Below are positions 60,732 through 64,000 of a stretch of 64,000 bases of DNA, one piece after another. Below the pieces are notes generated by a model that did not search any database, was not told the origin of the DNA, and saw only the letters and a program-made list of their open reading frames with translations. This DNA comes from Promethearchaeota archaeon. GTDB taxonomy: Archaea; Asgardarchaeota; Lokiarchaeia; Sigyniarchaeales; SOKP01. The position numbers were made by a program, and so were the translations under genes. Location of the stretch: assembly GCA_019058365.1 (NCBI GenBank), contig JAHPZE010000002.1, forward strand, positions 64,001-128,000. Reading direction: 5' to 3'. Each line of letters begins with the position of its first letter. The stretch's first letter is position 1.

Positions 60732-61916
60732 CTATCCTTTCTTTAGTAAGCCCTTATAAATGACTATATAATTTTTTATACTAATAATTTTAGGATTTTT
60801 CCTATAATTTGACGGAATAGGAGCATTACATCTAGAACAAAGACGAGAGCTTCTAAGCCAATCTTTGAATTCATCTGCATGAGCGGGATATCTACAATTT
60901 GGACATAAAATTATTCCTCTACCATTATCCTTAGGACTTTCAGGCAATCTAAAACAAAATATACATTTAAAATCGTCTATTGATAAATTGGCTGCCTTTG
61001 GTCTGTATAACTTAAAATTTATATGCTTTATGGTACTTTCAGTACTTCTAATTGGTCGACCTGTTTTACTACTACTTATTGTCCTAGTAGTTGTTTTGAC
61101 TCTAGAACTTCTTGATTGTATATTTGCATTAGGTGTTGATCTTGATGAATGAGATACTGATCTTGAAGTACGAGACACTGTTCTAGTTGAGGGTGTCGGA
61201 GTTGATCGCATTGGGCTGCGACTACTTTCAGTGCGTCGATTAGGAGACAATAAATCATTTAATCTACTTGTGCGGCTTGCTATATAGTCTCTAGTTAATC
61301 GGGGTAATTGGTGTCGAGCTCCAAAAAATCCATAAATAATTATTATTAATATACTTCCAATTAGCAATAATAAAAGATTTAGATCAATTAAAAAATGAAT
61401 AGGTATTAATAAAGATTCATAGAAATCAATAAGTGAATAGAAACTTATCCAATAAACAATTATGAAAAATAAAATTGAAAATCCTAAAATATACCCAAAC
61501 TTCCGGGCATTTACTGATTTTATGCCAAAATAAATTACATTATATTTTCGAAAACAACGATATAAAGATATTGAACCATATAATACATAAGGAAATCCAA
61601 ATAAAATACTCCACCAACTTAAATATAAATCTGAGCTTATAAGAAGATTTTCTCCTAATAAACCAGTAAAATTTCCCCAGATTGAATAAAATATACCAAT
61701 AAAAACAGGACCAACAGTAAAAAATGCAGTATTGTGAGGACTTCGATATTCACGATATTGTTTAATATTTTTTAAAACTTTGAAAGAAAAAATTAACCAT
61801 ATTCCTATTAATAGCCAACTCACAAGTACATTAAAAGAATTTAGAATTGCACCATGTATTATGCCTATCAATGAAAATATCGCCAATGTTATTGCGACAG
61901 CTTTAAATTTAGGCAT
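60732..61916 (-). CDS. Multi-pass membrane protein with Ser/Arg/Thr-rich linker and C-terminal RING-like finger (putative E3 ligase)
   Basis: About 6 hydrophobic helices (aa ~5-200); CIFC-x16-CPNC-x4-H-x2-E-x3-W-x6-CSRC; last gene of the E1-E2-JAB operon. Confidence 0.78.
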   Translation of the reverse strand: MPKFKAVAITLAIFSLIGIIHGAILNSFNVLVSWLLIGIWLIFSFKVLKNIKQYREYRSPHNTAFFTVGPVFIGIFYSIWGNFTGLLGENLLISSDLYLSWWSILFGFPYVLYGSISLYRCFRKYNVIYFGIKSVNARKFGYILGFSILFFIIVYWISFYSLIDFYESLLIPIHFLIDLNLLLLLIGSILIIIIYGFFGARHQLPRLTRDYIASRTSRLNDLLSPNRRTESSRSPMRSTPTPSTRTVSRTSRSVSHSSRSTPNANIQSRSSRVKTTTRTISSSKTGRPIRSTESTIKHINFKLYRPKAANLSIDDFKCIFCFRLPESPKDNGRGIILCPNCRYPAHADEFKDWLRSSRLCSRCNAPIPSNYRKNPKIISIKNYIVIYKGLLKKG

Positions 61917-61944
61917 AATTTAATAATCACCAAATTTCTTATGT

Positions 61945-62775
61945 TTAATCTTCATCATATTCGAGGTATAATGCTTTCCCTTCAATTATAGGATTCATGA
62001 ATTTTAAAATTTCTGGAAGCATCTTAATATCTAATGATCCCTTAATTCCATATACTAAAGGATACCATGTTTTAGTTCTAAGATTTGCCGTATATATTTC
62101 AAATCCTGTGGATTTTCCATCAATTTGGTATGGATCAATAACAAGAGCAACGGACTTATCCCACAATTTTTGATATCTCGCTTGAGTGCCCATATCTTCT
62201 GCGCTTAAAAAACATCCGTAGCTCGGGTGTGAATGGTACCACCCACAGATAAATAATTTTTGTTTTTTTATATCTTGGTATGCTCTAGCATAGTTTTTAT
62301 AGTCTTTAATTTCAGCATAGACAGCTGTACCATGCCCCATTGGATAAGCATCCTCGATCTGTAAGAGACCATTATCTTTTTCTATTTTTCCTGCTAAAAG
62401 ACCTATAACTTCCACCCATTTTTCTCTTGGAATCTTAGAATTCGCATATTTAAGTGCATGACTCGCTATTTTAAGAATCGTCTTTACTGAAATATAAATT
62501 TCCTTATTGATTTTCTCTTCATCTTGAATATCAAACTCTTTTTTTTCCACAATTTCTGCTGTAGGTATCTTTGTAAGTTTTATAATAGGTTTATTAGAAG
62601 ATTTTTGTGTAAGAATTGAAGAAATTTCTTCTGTTAATTCGTCTTCTTCTAATGCAAGTTCTTCACAGATTTCATCTAGTAGTTCTTGTTTTATTTTTTC
62701 TTTTATCTTCCTCTTAATTGTATCTTTGATTGATTTTTTACCTGATTCTTTAGTGTCCATAAATGAAATCACCAT
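61945..62775 (-). CDS. JAB1/MPN+ metallo-isopeptidase (Rpn11/CSN5-like)
   Basis: EVIGLLAG, DAYPM, GWYHSHPSYGCFLSAEDMGTQ, VALVIDP. Confidence 0.92.
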   Translation of the reverse strand: MVISFMDTKESGKKSIKDTIKRKIKEKIKQELLDEICEELALEEDELTEEISSILTQKSSNKPIIKLTKIPTAEIVEKKEFDIQDEEKINKEIYISVKTILKIASHALKYANSKIPREKWVEVIGLLAGKIEKDNGLLQIEDAYPMGHGTAVYAEIKDYKNYARAYQDIKKQKLFICGWYHSHPSYGCFLSAEDMGTQARYQKLWDKSVALVIDPYQIDGKSTGFEIYTANLRTKTWYPLVYGIKGSLDIKMLPEILKFMNPIIEGKALYLEYDED

Positions 62776-63296
62776 TTTTTGTTTGCATACTTCTTAACAA
62801 GATTTTTTACTTTTTTCTCGAAAAATTTTGGATTTTTCATCATTTCGACTGCTGCTTTTTTATTGAAAACATCAGTAGGATTTACATATTTTCCACGTGT
62901 ATTTAACATAGCAATTATAGCTTGAACAACCGTAACCGCTGTTTTTGAAGGACTCCACCCCCCTTTTTTACCTAATAACGATGGATCTACTAAAGCTAGA
63001 CAAATATTTCTTTGGCCCTTATATTCAGATGGTTTTGGCCAAAAATTTGGATGCCAAATTGGAGTATGAAATCTAACAAAAGGAGGTTGGTTAGGATATT
63101 GAGCTGGGAATCTCAATTCTAATCTAAAAAGACCACCTGCATAAGCAGTCCCTTTGGGTCCTTTAAATGAAATTGCTAAATGATCAATACTCTTCTTTTT
63201 AGGATTAAATGGTATTAATTGAACAATACTCCCCTCTTTCAGCATTTTTTTTAATCCCGCATAATCTTGGGAAATACGACTACTTCTTATACTCAT
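62769..63296 (-). CDS. Ubiquitin-conjugating enzyme E2 (UBC)
   Basis: GPKGTAYAGGLF, FPAQYPNQPP.VRFHTPIWHPN, ICL, WSPSKT, N..AA..M..NP..F. Confidence 0.93.
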   Translation of the reverse strand: MSIRSSRISQDYAGLKKMLKEGSIVQLIPFNPKKKSIDHLAISFKGPKGTAYAGGLFRLELRFPAQYPNQPPFVRFHTPIWHPNFWPKPSEYKGQRNICLALVDPSLLGKKGGWSPSKTAVTVVQAIIAMLNTRGKYVNPTDVFNKKAAVEMMKNPKFFEKKVKNLVKKYANKKW

Positions 63297-63371
63297 TTTC
63301 TCAACCCTTTTTATTATCTTTAATTTTATATTGAAATTTTTTCTTTAAATAATTGTTTTTTTCTTAAAATA

Positions 63372-64000
63372 TTAATTTAAAACCGTTTTTTGATTCAAAT
63401 TTTGTTTTATTTTTAAGGTTACAAAAATTTCTCCACCTTTAAACCCTACAGCTGTCATAAGTTCGCAATTTCTTAAACCATTTTCAATTGGATTCTTTTC
63501 TAAATCAACTATCATAATATCATTGAAATCCAGTAAAGTTAGAATTGGTTCAGAATCTGGATCTAATTTAAATCCGTTTTTCTCCAATATTTTAATTATA
63601 TTTATACAAGGTGATTGAGATCTCAATTTTATAGATACCCGGCGAACGTCTTTACCACATTGAGAACATTCTGGATTTCTTTTTTTTTCAATATGGTAAA
63701 ATTTCATTGTAATTGCATTATAGATCACATAATTTCTAATAGGTTCACCTAATCCTTTATGTCCTTTTTTCCAATGAAGAATTTTGGTGGTTTCATGTGA
63801 TTGTAATGCAGAAATAACCGCATTTATAGTTATTATTCCAGGATCGTGTCTATCAATGATTTTCACAATATCATCCTTAGTATATTCAGGAAAGAAATTA
63901 TACTTGGTCACTAGTTCATTTGCAACCTTTTGAATGAATTTAATATCATTTATATTTTTTGGATTTGGATCTCTATCAAACTTTTCTCTAAATGCCATAT
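63372..64000 (-). CDS. Ubiquitin-activating enzyme E1, C-terminal part (Uba3/Uba2-like), truncated by the window edge
   Basis: DP....DIKFI...A, PGIITINAVISALQSHETTKIL, NYVIYN, RNPECSQC, followed by a ubiquitin-fold-like tail. Confidence 0.8.
   Translation of the reverse strand, partial: MAFREKFDRDPNPKNINDIKFIQKVANELVTKYNFFPEYTKDDIVKIIDRHDPGIITINAVISALQSHETTKILHWKKGHKGLGEPIRNYVIYNAITMKFYHIEKKRNPECSQCGKDVRRVSIKLRSQSPCINIIKILEKNGFKLDPDSEPILTLLDFNDIMIVDLEKNPIENGLRNCELMTAVGFKGGEIFVTLKIKQNLNQKTVLN

Noticed and set aside
1080-61258. About 30 short (60-136 aa) ORFs in the track that overlap larger genes, e.g. 3790-4149, 22409-22780, 33533-33898, 45937-46347
   Set aside because: Antisense or alternative-frame shadows of well-supported genes with no motifs

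Overview
AT-rich archaeal chromosomal window, almost certainly Asgard archaea and most like Lokiarchaeia. This assignment is inferred from gene content: an archaeal ether-lipid operon, methanopterin and F420 biosynthesis genes, and a eukaryote-like ubiquitin operon. About 50 CDSs are present. No rRNA, tRNA, CRISPR array or transposase was seen. Main blocks: (i) rps2, CooC and a radical-SAM/DUF4130 DNA modification pair; (ii) a catabolic neighbourhood with an IolD-like TPP enzyme, IlvD-like dehydratase, two Gfo/Idh/MocA dehydrogenases, a Thr-type sulfatase-like enzyme with anSME, and a GH94-like enzyme; (iii) a kinase-GGR-GGGPS-DGGGPS lipid operon; (iv) a PadR/HAAS membrane-sensing module with a clear operator, plus a second HAAS paralog carrying 11-residue repeats; (v) H4MPT/F420/riboflavin cofactor genes, interrupted by a glycyl-radical enzyme locus; (vi) at the right edge, an E1(Uba3-like, partial)-E2-JAB/MPN-RING operon whose RING protein has about six transmembrane helices, an Hrd1/ERAD-like architecture. 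Highlights: the membrane-anchored ubiquitin E3 operon; at least four genes that apparently must start at ATT/ATC, including a 176-codon rubrerythrin-like ORF with no in-frame ATG/GTG/TTG that the ORF track missed; and an amidohydrolase that is a candidate for the missing archaeal riboflavin/F420 pyrimidine deaminase. All calls come from motif recognition by eye; no database searches were run.
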